NCBI GenBank assembly: GCA_028688325.1
Contig: JAQTYI010000002.1
Location: 76,379 to 140,378 of the forward strand
Reading direction: 5' to 3'
DNA: 64,000 nt
Origin: Candidatus Portnoybacteria bacterium
Lineage (GTDB): Bacteria; Patescibacteriota; Minisyncoccia; Portnoybacterales; GWB1-42-6
Shown here: one piece after another, positions 8,738-16,429 of the stretch
Numbering within the stretch: the stretch's first letter is position 1
Layout: every line of letters begins with the position of its first letter
Translations under genes and position numbers: made by a program
Notes under the pieces: model-generated
Told to the model about the DNA's origin: nothing
The model's input: the letters and a program-made list of their open reading frames with translations, nothing else
Databases searched by the model: none

Positions 8738-10015
8738 CTATTTCATGGGTAAGTCCACGGGCGGGCCGCCTTTTTTAACTTCCAGATACGGCGTCATCGG
8801 GCTGCGCACGCCAATAGTCGGGAAGTGAAACAGCGTGGCCAGCTCTTCAATATTCATAATATATCCATTTTCCCAAAACGAACGGGCGCGCATCATTCGC
8901 ATCAAAACCCGCTGCTTATAGGCCTTGCGGCCCTTGGCAAAAAGATAATTGGCCTTGGTGATCGTTGCGGGATCAGGCCTTAAACTATTCATATTCAAAT
9001 TGGCGGTCTGGGCGATAATACCCATGGTCGCCGAAACATTGGCCATGGTAAAAATATCCGACCGGCCGATGTAAACAAAATTAACTTTTGATTCAAAGCC
9101 CTTTTTGCTGGCTTTGAGTTCAATTCCTTGTATAACATCTTTATCTCCCTGGGAAAGATGCATCGCTAAACTGTAGGGCTCGTTTTTGTTGTCTTTTTTG
9201 TCGCGCGGCGGAGCGACATCGCCGAAGATGATAGCGTAAGCGGCATCATAAAAGGCCTCATACCAAGTGCGCGCCTCCATGGCGAAAATGCCTTCTTTCT
9301 TTTCGGGCGGTTTTTTGCCCAGCAATTTGTCGGCTATGGCTTTGGCTTTCTTCTGCCAGACATCGTCAATCGGCCGAAAAAGAATTTGCAGCCAGACCTG
9401 TTCTCCCTGCTTTAATTTGCCGAAAACTTCCATTAAGCCGGCCATCGGGTCGAAAAACGGCTGGTCGGTCTTGGCCACATCTATAAGTTCAACATAAGTT
9501 CTCAAGGGATAGGCGTCTTCATTGGCCATCTTCAAGCGCGCTCCCCATAAATTCCAATTTTTGTTCGGCACATCCGTCGGCACAGACCAGACATAATCCG
9601 GAACTTCCCTGATTTCCGCCTGGGGATATTGCGAATAAATCTGCGCCTCGACCAGATCACGAAATTTGCTTAGCGTGCGCAAATAAAAATGCGCTTCGCC
9701 GTTGATGCCAACCAGTTCAAAGCTGAAATAATCCTGCGTTTTACCTAAAATATATTTCTCGTATTTATATCCCACTGTGCCGATAACGCCCCACAGGCCG
9801 GCGAAAATCTGTTCCATATTTTTGGGCGAGCTTTCCACTTCTTTGGGCGGTTTAACCTCAAGCATGATCCAATCCAGTTGGCGCCACTGCCAGCGCTGAA
9901 TATAATACATCCATGATTTAAAAAAAATAACTGCCAAAAAAATCGGCAGCCATATCCAAGCAACCCTAAAGAAAAAATCCAGAAAGTTTAAATAGACGGT
10001 AAAGATCTCTTGCAT
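8738..10015 (-). CDS. Conserved CPR-type membrane-anchored partner of the adjacent VirD4-like ATPase
   Basis: N-terminal TM helix; motifs MEQIFAGL, FSFEL, VEAQIYSQYPQAEI, VWLQILFRP, NIEELATLFHFP. Confidence 0.75.
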   Translation of the reverse strand: MQEIFTVYLNFLDFFFRVAWIWLPIFLAVIFFKSWMYYIQRWQWRQLDWIMLEVKPPKEVESSPKNMEQIFAGLWGVIGTVGYKYEKYILGKTQDYFSFELVGINGEAHFYLRTLSKFRDLVEAQIYSQYPQAEIREVPDYVWSVPTDVPNKNWNLWGARLKMANEDAYPLRTYVELIDVAKTDQPFFDPMAGLMEVFGKLKQGEQVWLQILFRPIDDVWQKKAKAIADKLLGKKPPEKKEGIFAMEARTWYEAFYDAAYAIIFGDVAPPRDKKDNKNEPYSLAMHLSQGDKDVIQGIELKASKKGFESKVNFVYIGRSDIFTMANVSATMGIIAQTANLNMNSLRPDPATITKANYLFAKGRKAYKQRVLMRMMRARSFWENGYIMNIEELATLFHFPTIGVRSPMTPYLEVKKGGPPVDLPMK

Positions 10016-10091
10016 TTTTTTAAAAAACTTGGTTTCGCCCTCCTTTTTTTTTGCGGGACGCGCGACGACCTCCGTTTTTTTGAATTATATC

Positions 10092-10126
10092 AAAAAACAG
10101 ACCGCCTCGCAACAAGCGAGGCGGTC
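10092..10126 (-). terminator. Intrinsic terminator
   Basis: Stem GACCGCCTCGC/GCGAGGCGGTC followed by a U-tract on the minus strand. Confidence 0.7.
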
Positions 10127-10133
10127 AAAAAAG

Positions 10134-11207
10134 TTATTTTTTCAGAAGATAGGTTCCGCTGTCCGTGCGGCTGAAAATCTTGCGATTCTGCAAGTTGATC
10201 AAAATCGTATTTTCTTTGACCAGGCGTTTGGCCAAAACATTTTTAACTATTTCCTCTTTGGACAAGGGGCGGTTCTCTTTTTTCAAAAGTTGAACGATGG
10301 TTTGCGCCACGGTGCCCGGCTCATATCCCCATTCGGCCAAAGCATAGAGCCCCCGGCCCACCAGAACAAACCGCTTGTCTTTTATCAGTTCGTTGTGCAC
10401 GGTCTGCATATAGGCCTGGCGGCCAGACGGCAAAACCTTGTTTATTTCCGCCGTGACTTCCGAAAAATGCAGAGGTTTGCCGGCGTTTTTCAAGACGATA
10501 TAGGCCTTGTCTTTCACGCCGCGAGGACTGATCTCCGGCCAATGAACCAGGCCAAAATGACCCAGATGATTTTGTTCTATATTTTTGGAAGCGTCAACAT
10601 AGGAATGGACGGCCTTGGGAGAAAGCTCCGGGAACAGGACCTTGGCCGCGGACAAAAGTTCTTCTTTGCTCAAAACCTGCTTTTTGCCTTCCATGTGCTT
10701 AGCCAAAGAATCCACGGTTTTTTTTGCCGTTTTGACGGAGTTTTTGCTGCTGGTCCAGACGGAATAAAACTGGTCGCTTTCCGGCAAGCGCTCAAATTTG
10801 TTGCCCAGCGACATGATGAAATAGAAAGCCGAATGGCATTTGTCGAGAACGGACAAATCGCCTTCTTTTTTCATTCGCTCAATTTCTTTGACCGGAAAGC
10901 AAACATAGGTCAAATCATCATAAAGTTTGTGTTCTTTTTTCAGCTCACCGTGTTCCTTCATATGGTTCTCCACGGTCTTAAAAACCGGCTGAAATTTATC
11001 CATTATTTTGGCCTGTTTCAAAGTGGCCAGGCCCCCTTCCTCTATTTGGCGCACGCGCTCACGGGTAATGCCGTGGTCATTGCCGATTGCCTCCAGGGTG
11101 TGGCGCTTGCCGTCTTTCAGCCCAAAACGCCGCACAATCACCTCTTTGGTGCGGCTATTGGGGATAATCTGTATGGCCTCGTTGACTAAATTTAATATAT
11201 TCTGCAT
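10134..11207 (-). CDS. Sigma70 region-4 HTH plus HARE-HTH domain protein
   Basis: RRFGLKDG...TLEAIG..GITRERVRQIE (sigma region 4) and KPLHFSEV...TVHNELIKDKRFVLVGRGLYAL (HARE-HTH). No sigma region 2. Confidence 0.85.
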   Translation of the reverse strand: MQNILNLVNEAIQIIPNSRTKEVIVRRFGLKDGKRHTLEAIGNDHGITRERVRQIEEGGLATLKQAKIMDKFQPVFKTVENHMKEHGELKKEHKLYDDLTYVCFPVKEIERMKKEGDLSVLDKCHSAFYFIMSLGNKFERLPESDQFYSVWTSSKNSVKTAKKTVDSLAKHMEGKKQVLSKEELLSAAKVLFPELSPKAVHSYVDASKNIEQNHLGHFGLVHWPEISPRGVKDKAYIVLKNAGKPLHFSEVTAEINKVLPSGRQAYMQTVHNELIKDKRFVLVGRGLYALAEWGYEPGTVAQTIVQLLKKENRPLSKEEIVKNVLAKRLVKENTILINLQNRKIFSRTDSGTYLLKK

Positions 11208-11253
11208 TATTGTCCGGCCTCTCCCGGCCGGGTATAAATATTACGATATGTCT

Positions 11254-11282
11254 AATATAGCACGGGGCTATAAATCTGTCAA
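11254..11282 (-). promoter_or_regulatory. Sigma70 promoter
   Basis: TTGACA-17 bp-TATATT with an extended -10 TG on the minus strand. Confidence 0.65.
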
Positions 11283-11317
11283 CTGCCGCTATAAAATATC
11301 AACCTGTCTTAAAAAAT

Positions 11318-11351
11318 AAAAAACATCGCCCTCTGCTTGGCGATGTTTTTT
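11318..11351 (-). terminator. Intrinsic terminator after secF
   Basis: Stem AAAAACATCGCC/GGCGATGTTTTT. Confidence 0.7.
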
Positions 11352-11363
11352 CTACCGTTGACC

Positions 11364-12296
11364 CTATTTCCCCATCTTTTTTGCTATGCGCTTTTGCCGC
11401 CAATCCTCCCAGGTAACCAGCAAAGAGCTGGCCACGAAGATCGAAGAATATGTTCCGAAAAACACGCCGATCATCAAAAGCAAAGAGAAATATTTCACGC
11501 TTTCTCCGCCAAAGATAAAGATGGCCAGAAGCGTCAAAAACACCGTCAAGGAAGTATTGATGGAACGGGTCATTGTCTGGTTGATACTGATGTTGACGGT
11601 ATCTTTGAAATTTTCGCCCAATCCTTTGCGCAGATTCTCGCGGATGCGGTCAAACACGACGATGGTGTCGTGCACCGAAAAACCGAGAATCGTTAAAAGG
11701 CCCGTCACAAACAACAAGTCAATTTCCACTCCTAAATAATGCCCCAAGACGGAAAAAACGCCGATCGGAATGAAGATATCATGAAAAAGCGCGATGATGG
11801 CGGCCAGGCCGTATTTCCAGGAGGCCACTGGACGGGAAACTTTGCGGAAGGCAAAAGCGATATAAATAACTATCAAAAATAACACCGTGATGATAGATAG
11901 ATAAGCCCGGCCCTTGAGCTCTTCACCCACCACTGGCCCGATGGAATCAAATTTCTTTTCTTCCAGAGCACCCAAGGAAGCCAATGCCTGCAACGCCCGC
12001 TGATGAGAGGGCTCATCCAGGTCTTTAGTCCTGATGATAATTCCCCTATCGCCAGCCGACTGAACGGCCGCGTCACCCAGGCCCAAACCGGACAACACAT
12101 CCTTGATAGCTTTCGCTTCCGGCCGCGCCTGCGCAAACTCTATTTCAATGAACGAGCCGCCGGTAAAATCGATGCCGAATCTCAAAAGATGGCCGGATTG
12201 GAGAAATCCCCAATACAGCGTGCTGAAAATCCCCGCGCCAATGAGCAGGATGGAAAAAGTGTAAAATATTTTTCTACGGCCAACAACATTTATCAT
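11364..12296 (-). CDS. secF: Protein translocase subunit SecF
   Basis: FGIDFTGG, IGPVVGEEL, ALFHD, GFSVHDTIVVFDRIREN, RSINTS, GTYSSIFVAS. Confidence 0.97.
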   Translation of the reverse strand: MINVVGRRKIFYTFSILLIGAGIFSTLYWGFLQSGHLLRFGIDFTGGSFIEIEFAQARPEAKAIKDVLSGLGLGDAAVQSAGDRGIIIRTKDLDEPSHQRALQALASLGALEEKKFDSIGPVVGEELKGRAYLSIITVLFLIVIYIAFAFRKVSRPVASWKYGLAAIIALFHDIFIPIGVFSVLGHYLGVEIDLLFVTGLLTILGFSVHDTIVVFDRIRENLRKGLGENFKDTVNISINQTMTRSINTSLTVFLTLLAIFIFGGESVKYFSLLLMIGVFFGTYSSIFVASSLLVTWEDWRQKRIAKKMGK

Positions 12297-12301
12297 AGTG
12301 T

Positions 12302-12384
12302 TCGCTAATAACGCTAATTGTCAACGAATAATGCTAATAAGATTTTTTATTCGCGTTATTAGGATTTTAAATTCGCATTATTGG
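12302..12384. repeat. Short imperfect inverted tandem repeats between secD and secF
   Basis: CGCTAAT/CGAATAA units followed by complementary ATTCGCG/ATTAGG/ATTCGCATTATT units. Confidence 0.5.
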
Positions 12385-13829
12385 TGATTACTCTTAATTC
12401 CGAACAACCACAATCTCTTTTCCATTTTCTCGCTCACAAATAATTTCAAGAAATTGCGCGTCACGAATATGGCCGAAAACATGCTCACGGCAATGCCGAT
12501 GGCCAAAGTCAGCGCAAATCCCTTAATGATGCTTGTGCCGAGCCAGAATAAGACCAAACAAGTGATCAATGAGGAAGCGTTGGAATCGCGGATGGAGGTC
12601 CAGGCGCGCTTAAAGCCCTCATCGATCGCGCCGCCCAGCGACTTGCCCCAGCGCAACTCCTCTTTTAAGCGTTCAAATATCAAAATATTGGCGTCCACCG
12701 CCATGCCGACCGACAGAATGAATCCGGCGATGCCCGCCAAAGTCAAAGTGACAGGAATCAATTTGAATATCAGTAAAACGATGGCCGAATAGATGGCCAG
12801 CGCCACCACCGCCATAAGTCCCGGCAAGCGATACCAGAATATCATAAACAACGCCACGGCCAAAATGCCTATCATGCCGGCAAACAAACTTTGCTTCAAT
12901 GATTGTTGGCCCAGTGACGCTCCGATACTCTGCTGGCTGATGAGTTTAATCGGCACGGGCAAGGCGCCGGCATTTAAGCGCTGGACCAATTGCTTGGCCT
13001 CGTCATATTTGAAATTACCGGTGATCTGCGCCTTGCCGCCGGTGATGGCTTCGTTAACGCGCGGCACGCTAATGGGCGAGCCGTCCAGATATATGGCTAC
13101 TTTTTTGCCGACATTTCGGCCGGTGATATCGGCAAAAAGTTTGGCGCCCTCGGCATTGAATTCCAGCCCCACCAACGGCTCGTTGGTATTCTGATTGAAT
13201 TCCAAGGTTGATTTGGCCAGATATTTTCCCGTGAGCTCGGTGGGCTTGAAATACGGGTCTTCCGTAAAATTTTTCTGCTGTTCTGGCAGCAAGGCCTTGT
13301 ATCTGTCCAGTATCGCCTGCGTTTCGGCTGCTATTCTTTCCTCGCGGAAATCAAGAAAAGGGGTCTCGCCTATCATGGCAATTGCCTGATGGATATCTTT
13401 AATGCCCGCCAACTCCACTATCAGGCGATAATGGCTTCCCACGGTATCCACCTGCACCAAGGGCTCGGCCACTCCGAATAAGTTTACGCGCCGTTCGATG
13501 ACATCGCGCACGCCCTGCATTGAATTGGTATATTGGCTTTTATCAATGCTGCTCAAATCCGCCTCATAGACCAAATGCGTGCCGCCCTGCAAGTCCAGGC
13601 CCAGCCGGAAAGGCAAATTAAAATACTGCGGGATATTGGGAAGCGTCTTTAAAACCGCCGACTTGTTCTTTTGAGCATTTATCCAATCAACCGGCCTGTC
13701 CCAAGCGCGCGGATAGATGGCAAAACCGGCGATGGCGGCCAATAAAAAAATCGCCACCACGGTCCAAGCGGTTTGCGACATCTTTTGTTTGGTGAATATG
13801 GCCGAGAAAAATCTTGACGCGAAATTCAT
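12378..13829 (-). CDS. secD: Protein translocase subunit SecD
   Basis: LGLDLQGG, IERRVNLFGVAEP, GALPVP, GMAVDANILIFER, IKGFALTL. Confidence 0.97.
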   Translation of the reverse strand: MNFASRFFSAIFTKQKMSQTAWTVVAIFLLAAIAGFAIYPRAWDRPVDWINAQKNKSAVLKTLPNIPQYFNLPFRLGLDLQGGTHLVYEADLSSIDKSQYTNSMQGVRDVIERRVNLFGVAEPLVQVDTVGSHYRLIVELAGIKDIHQAIAMIGETPFLDFREERIAAETQAILDRYKALLPEQQKNFTEDPYFKPTELTGKYLAKSTLEFNQNTNEPLVGLEFNAEGAKLFADITGRNVGKKVAIYLDGSPISVPRVNEAITGGKAQITGNFKYDEAKQLVQRLNAGALPVPIKLISQQSIGASLGQQSLKQSLFAGMIGILAVALFMIFWYRLPGLMAVVALAIYSAIVLLIFKLIPVTLTLAGIAGFILSVGMAVDANILIFERLKEELRWGKSLGGAIDEGFKRAWTSIRDSNASSLITCLVLFWLGTSIIKGFALTLAIGIAVSMFSAIFVTRNFLKLFVSEKMEKRLWLFGIKSNHQ

Positions 13830-13862
13830 TGTTAAAGCAAAATGAAAAAATAATCTCCTTCC

Positions 13863-13891
13863 ATAATAACCATCGGGACTTAAAAAGTCAA
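13863..13891 (-). promoter_or_regulatory. Sigma70 promoter for secDF
   Basis: TTGACT-17 bp-TATTAT on the minus strand. Confidence 0.55.
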
Positions 13892-13928
13892 TAAAAAAAC
13901 GGCCAAACTATAAGCCCGGCCGCCAAAG

Positions 13929-14420
13929 TTAAATTTCACTGGCCTCGCGCAGATCTTTATGGAGAATCTTCATGGACTCTTTATTGTTGTACAAAACCCG
14001 TCCACGGATCTTTTTTCCTTCCAACACCAAAGGCAGCCAGTGCCTGTCAATAGTCCACATCTCATGATACGGAATATCTTTGATATCAAACCATTCCGGC
14101 CTCATCATTTCGTCCGTCTCTTGCGGCTCGCCGGAAAACTTCTTAACCACAAAGATATGTGTTTCGTTGACTATTCCCGGCTCATTGGCAAATCTAAACT
14201 CGATAAAACCAACCTTCTCTCTCGTCTCAACAACCAAACCGGATTCATCCTTGGTCTCGCGATCCAGACATTCTTCGATTGTTTCCCACTCTTCCACATG
14301 CCCGCCAAAGCCATTCCATTTGCCAACGCCCATCCTCCCTTTTTTCTTAAGGCCCAGAAGGATAAAAGATGGCCGGGAAATTATGCCGAGAGTCAAAACT
14401 ACCTTCATATCGTCCTCCAT
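13929..14420 (-). CDS. NUDIX hydrolase, MTH1/8-oxo-dGTPase-like
   Basis: LLGLKKKG.GVGKWNGFGG, Nudix box GG..E..ET.EEC..RE...ESGL, then ETDEM.PEWF and IPYHEMW..D.HW as in MTH1. Confidence 0.85.
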   Translation of the reverse strand: MEDDMKVVLTLGIISRPSFILLGLKKKGRMGVGKWNGFGGHVEEWETIEECLDRETKDESGLVVETREKVGFIEFRFANEPGIVNETHIFVVKKFSGEPQETDEMMRPEWFDIKDIPYHEMWTIDRHWLPLVLEGKKIRGRVLYNNKESMKILHKDLREASEI

Positions 14421-14429
14421 AAAAAGAGC

Positions 14430-14954
14430 TTAATTAAATTTCACTTCCTCTTCGCTTTTGCCATTCAAAATCTCGTCCACCATCCTTATCTCATCCAAGA
14501 TGCCTTTTATTAAATCGTATTTTTTGCATTCTTCATAGCTTGCCCAAATAAATTCGGTCGCATCCTCATCCAGCTTCACTTCGCCGGATTTATACGGCGC
14601 GTAAAAACTCAAAGTGATAACAGGTATGCCATCCGGCCTGAGGAACGCCAAGTCCAGCAAGTATTTTATAAAACCCACTTCCAAATTAACCTCTTCCTTG
14701 ATTTCCCGGCGCAATGAAGTATATAAAGCGTAATACCAATGCCCGTCGTCGGTTGTCGGCGGCGTAGTCGCATAGTCGTCCGTTTCCAACCCGCCGCCCG
14801 GCACGGTCCATTTGCTCGGAAAAACCTTTTTATGCGGACTGCGCTTGGTTATCAGATATTTATATTTAACTTGCCCTGAGCCCGTCGAAGGGCCATTTTC
14901 TTTCTTATGGATGATGGCGGTGGAAACGATGCGATGCAATTCCTGGTTTGGCAT
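14430..14954 (-). CDS. NUDIX hydrolase
   Basis: KWTVPGGGLE...LRREIKEEVNL. Contains a small REP insert. Confidence 0.85.
   Translation of the reverse strand: MPNQELHRIVSTAIIHKKENGPSTGSGQVKYKYLITKRSPHKKVFPSKWTVPGGGLETDDYATTPPTTDDGHWYYALYTSLRREIKEEVNLEVGFIKYLLDLAFLRPDGIPVITLSFYAPYKSGEVKLDEDATEFIWASYEECKKYDLIKGILDEIRMVDEILNGKSEEEVKFN
14873..14893. repeat. In-frame REP unit in the NUDIX gene
   Basis: GCCCTGAGCCCGTCGAAGGGC encodes GPSTGSGQ; same family as alaS 1655-1691. Confidence 0.75.
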
Positions 14955-14977
14955 TGATATATATTAATATTAGAAAT

Positions 14978-15322
14978 TTATTTTAATTCCCATGCTATCA
15001 AACCATACTTTTTTATTTTATCACGATAGCTCGGGAAGCCATAATACATTTTCCGCAATTCCGTTTCGGTCTTAACCGCCGGATTAATCTGGCTCGGCCG
15101 GTATTTTTTAAGCAGCGCGGCAATCGTCGGAAAAACCCGCGCCGCAACGACTTGTTTTATAAATTTTTTCCGCCCGCACGACAAACAAACTTTATCTCCC
15201 GTCTGTATTTTTCGATATTTCTCCGTTGCGGCGCGGGTCTCTATTTTCTTCTCCCCCGACTTTATCACCTCAAAAATATCGCGATTTTCCGCTCTGAATT
15301 TAATATTAATCCTGCCTTTCAT
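14978..15322 (-). CDS. ASCH/PUA-like domain protein
   Basis: FEVIKSGEKKIETRA (ASCH GxKxxExR motif); C-terminal KYGLIAWEL. Confidence 0.8.
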   Translation of the reverse strand: MKGRINIKFRAENRDIFEVIKSGEKKIETRAATEKYRKIQTGDKVCLSCGRKKFIKQVVAARVFPTIAALLKKYRPSQINPAVKTETELRKMYYGFPSYRDKIKKYGLIAWELK

Positions 15323-15326
15323 AACA

Positions 15327-15871
15327 TTAATGTGTAAGAGAATATATCTGCGTATCATAACCTCTTGTTTCCTCGTCGTCCCGGGATAAACTCAAGGATT
15401 CTATAACCTCAAAAATTTCATTCCTGATCTTTTGCGGATCGGCGTCTCTCTCGGTTAATTTTTCAATCTCAATGAAATTGCCCAATTTTTCAACCTCATC
15501 AAGGCAAATTGCATATTCTCCAAGCTTCCCTGACCGCCGCAGTTTTTTTGCTTCTACGGCCGGAGTGTATCCTAAAGCAGTGAGAATTTTATTCATCGCC
15601 TCGGGATCATTTATTTCCGTTTCATACTCAAGATTATCCATCTCTCCAGATCTTTGCTGCTTAAGATTGAGTTCGGCAATATTTTTTGAAAAACGCATGC
15701 GGATGATAATGTCCCCCTCTTTTGAGCTTTGCCATTCTTCCTTGCTGTTTCCTTTTGAATATATAACATCGCGCTGGCTGATGGGGCCGGAAAGAAGGCA
15801 TCCTTTTTCTTCAAGTTTTTTTGGATATCGTCCAGGTCGGAAATTTTAATTTTTATTTCTATTTCTCTCAT
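15327..15871 (-). pseudogene. CYTH domain (class IV adenylate cyclase / triphosphate tunnel) protein split by a one-base frameshift
   Basis: The N-terminal ExExK motif (MREIEIK) is in one frame. QRDVIY, IIRMRF, EYETEI, KKLRR and ICLDEVEKLGNFIEIE are in the -1 frame. The join is an A7 run at 15816-15822. Confidence 0.8.
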
Positions 15872-15880
15872 ATTTTAATA

Positions 15881-16420
15881 TTATTTTCCGCTCCGCAAAA
15901 ATTCGCTTAATTTGTTCAGAGCGTTTCTCCTCATGCTTATCTCATTCTTTTCTTCCCGACTCATCTCCGCGAAAGTTTTTTCATAACCGTCGGGCAAAAA
16001 TATCGGATCCCAACCGAAATTGGTTTCGCCCTTAGGATTAACTATCCGCCCTTTTATCGCGCCCTCAAAAAAATAGATCTCTTCGCGATTTTTGGCATAG
16101 CCGATGATGGTTTTCGCCTCCGCCTTGTTGTTCCCCAATTTCTCGGCAATCTCGGCCAGGCCGTCATTTCCTATCGTCTGTAAAAACCATTTTATCAATG
16201 GCCCGGGCAATCCCTTCAGGCAATCAAAATACAGCGAAGTATCTTCCACTATGAATTCTCCGTCCGCATGATTGAACGCCTCGGTTAATTTTGTTTTTAT
16301 GATTTCCTTTGCGTCAATTTCCTGAATTTCCGGCAGATCGATATCCAGTTGCTCCACATCCGGCAAAATAGATTTTACTTCCTCAAATTTATTTTTATTC
16401 CCTGTAATAAAATAAATCAT
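15881..16420 (-). CDS. Non-canonical purine NTP pyrophosphatase (Ham1/ITPase family)
   Basis: [45 protein letters not shown]...KNEISMR. Confidence 0.93.
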   Translation of the reverse strand: MIYFITGNKNKFEEVKSILPDVEQLDIDLPEIQEIDAKEIIKTKLTEAFNHADGEFIVEDTSLYFDCLKGLPGPLIKWFLQTIGNDGLAEIAEKLGNNKAEAKTIIGYAKNREEIYFFEGAIKGRIVNPKGETNFGWDPIFLPDGYEKTFAEMSREEKNEISMRRNALNKLSEFLRSGK

Positions 16421-16429
16421 AATATTATT

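Noticed and set aside
10029-11189. Long antisense ORFs (386 aa here; also 16349-17449 and many shorter ones in the track)
   Set aside because: They are shadows of well-supported genes on the opposite strand and show no recognisable motifs.
10134-11207. RNA polymerase sigma factor
   Set aside because: Only a region-4-like HTH is present; region 2 is not recognisable.
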